NCBI GenBank assembly: GCA_038087875.1
Contig: CM075988.1
Coordinates: 18,230,001 to 18,294,000 of the forward strand
DNA: 64,000 nucleotides
Source: Malacoraja senta
Taxonomy: Eukaryota
Direction of reading: 5' to 3'
Every line of letters begins with the position of its first letter. Position 1 is the first letter of the stretch. The notes beneath the pieces were generated by a model, which had not been told where the DNA came from, did no database searches, and saw nothing but the letters and a program-made list of their open reading frames with translations. Positions 61,636-64,000 of this stretch are shown here, piece after piece. The position numbers and the translations under genes were made by a program.

Positions 61636-64000
61636 AGGGATATATATATATATTTTAAAAAACAGACAAATAAATAGACATTAGTAGTGCAAAGTCAAAA
61701 ATAATGTCCCCATGTTCAGTTGAGTTTAGTTTATTGTCAGGTGTACCGAGGTACAGTGAACAGCTTTTTGTTGCCTGCTAACCAGTCACCAGAAAGACAA
61801 TGTCTATAGAGTTTGGAGCCTCTTTGGAGACTGTAGTGTTTAATAGCCTGATGGTAGTAGGGAAGAAGCTGCTCCTACCAGTAGATGGTATTAGGGAAGA
61901 AGAGTTAGATAGAGCTCTTAGGCCGAATGGAATCAAGGGATATGGGGAGAAAGCAGGAATGGGGGTACTGATTTAGGATGATCAGCCATGATCATATTGA
62001 ATGGCCGTGCTGGATCGAAGGGCCGAAAGGCCTACTCCTGCACCCATTTTCTATATTTCTGTTTCCCACTGACCAGTTGGCAAGGCATGACGAGCCTGCT
62101 TCAAATTCTCACCCCCACCCACGTATACTTGTGTCTCATTTGGCCAAGGAGTGTCTCGTAAATTAGGCGACACTTCATGTAATTTATTCAGAATGCTTAG
62201 CACCAATTTAACACAAAGCCCGGAGTCAAATTTTAACACAGGACTGTTCTGGTTTACTGAAGGGGCTCAGCCAGAACACACTGTACAGCATTAGTTCAGG
62301 ACGAGAAATCAACACTTGGTCTGGGCCAGAGGGGGAATGCAGAAATCCCAGGATAATAGGGAGTTGTACAACGGCAAAACTGAAGATCTCGGAGAAAACA
62401 CACGCGGTCACGGGGAGAACGTGCGGACAGCACTTGTAGTCGGGTTCAAACCCCGGGTCTCTGGTGCTGCAAGTGCTGTAAGGCAGTAACTCTACCGCTG
62501 CACCACTGTGGCCGCCACCTGCTCAAACTCTGTGTCCTATGATTCCCTTATCCATGGCTAATCTCCCTACTCCTGCAGCCCAGTGCACTGTGCCGATTAC
62601 AATATAAAGAGAAAAATATCCACGCCCCACCAAAGGATCTTACAGAGGTGGATAAAATCATAAGAGGAATAAATTGGGTCGACACATGGCGTCTCTTGCC
62701 CAGACTGGGGGAATCGAGAACCAGAGGGCATAGGTTAAAATGAAGGGGGAAGATTTTACAGGAATCTGGGGGGTAACGTTTTCACGCAAAGTTTGGTGGG
62801 TGCATGGAACAAGATGCCAGGGGAGGTAGTTGAGGCAGGGACTATAGCAACGTTTAAGAAGCAATTAGACAGGTAGATGGATAGGACAGCTTTAGAGGGA
62901 TATGGGCCAAACACAGGCAAGTGGGACTAATGTAGATGGGACATGTTGGTCGGTGTGGGCAAGTTGGGCTGAAGGACCTGTTTCCACACCGTATGATCTA
63001 TGACTCTAAGATGCAATACGAAGCAAAACAAATTCACAGCCGGGAATGAAGAATGATGTTATTAAAAATAATCATCCACATATTAACAGGCCCTTTGGGC
63101 CAAGTAATCCATGCCAAGCAAGATGCCCCATCTAAGCTCGTCCGATTTAACTGAGTTTGGACCATAGACCTCTAAACCTTTCCTATACATTGACCAGCTC
63201 AAATGTCTTTTAAAATGTTGTTATTGCACCTGCGGCAGTTCAGGGAGCAGCCAATTAGTGGTTTGTGCTGTAATGTTACTCTGAGACCAAAGCACAGGTT
63301 TTAATTTTAGTTTTAGGGATACAATGCAGATCCCTTTGGCCAACCGAGTCCATGGTGACCAGCTACTACCCCATACACTAGCATTATCTTATACACCAGG
63401 GATAATTTACAATTTTTACTGAGGCCAATAAACCTACAAACCTGCACATCTTTGGAGTGTGAGGGGAAACACACGTGGTCACAGGGAAATGTACAAACCC
63501 CGTACAGACAGTACACATAGACGGGATGGAACCCGGGTCTCTGGCGCTCTAAGACCACCGCTCTAAGGCTCTACGCCATCGTGCCGCTCAAAGAATTGTA
63601 TTGATGAAGTTGGTGCTGGTTGTCATTTTTGGGTCTGTATCCAACCACTAAGGCAGGTCTGGGAGGGAGTGGCCCAGCAGTAAATGCCGTTCCCACCCGG
63701 ACAGCGGTTTGCAGAAAACCCACGTGGTCACAGGGAGAACATACCAACTCCGTACAGACAGCACCCAGGACTCTGGCGTTGTAAGGCAAGAACTCTACCG
63801 CTGCGCCACCATGCCGGCCCCTTGTGTACGGGTGATCGTTAGTCAGCGTAGACCCCGTGGGCCGAAGGGCCTATTTCCACGCTCTATCTGTGATGTAAAG
63901 TCTATACGAGATACCCACTCAGTGTTTGTCTCTCCCAGCATGGGGCAGACATCATCCCAGACACTGAAGGCTGCGCACTGCATTCACTTGTCAGCGTTTT

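Overview
Vertebrate nuclear DNA, most likely from a cartilaginous fish (skate/ray). This is inferred from the repeat set: HE1-like V-SINEs, HER1/CR1 LINEs and Penelope-like repeats. The window lies inside one minus-strand gene, CADM1 (SynCAM1/nectin-like 2). Six coding exons (41522-41376, 41174-41022, 36362-36225, 33223-33041, 24410-24314, 23582-23413) have canonical AG/GT sites and compatible phases. Together they give 888 nt of open frame encoding the three Ig domains. I found no signal-peptide, stalk, transmembrane or cytoplasmic exon; these lie outside the window or possibly in the 200-N gap at 17549-17748. The rest is repeat-dense intron: CR1, Rex1/Babar-like and L2 LINE fragments, V-SINEs, an RTE-derived short element, Harbinger and hAT MITEs, a 1-kb TIR element, a minisatellite and CA/GT tracts. 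Main findings: (1) many Penelope-derived short repeats carry a minimal hammerhead-ribozyme motif, and several are inserted as TSD-flanked fold-back pairs; (2) intron-7 read-through gives G-T-stop, as in the soluble mammalian CADM1 isoform; (3) a ~575-bp inverted repeat brackets the two Ig3 exons; (4) a minisatellite reads as tandem branchpoint-pyrimidine-AG units on the gene's sense strand. Exon numbers follow the human gene from memory. TE boundaries without a stated TSD are approximate.
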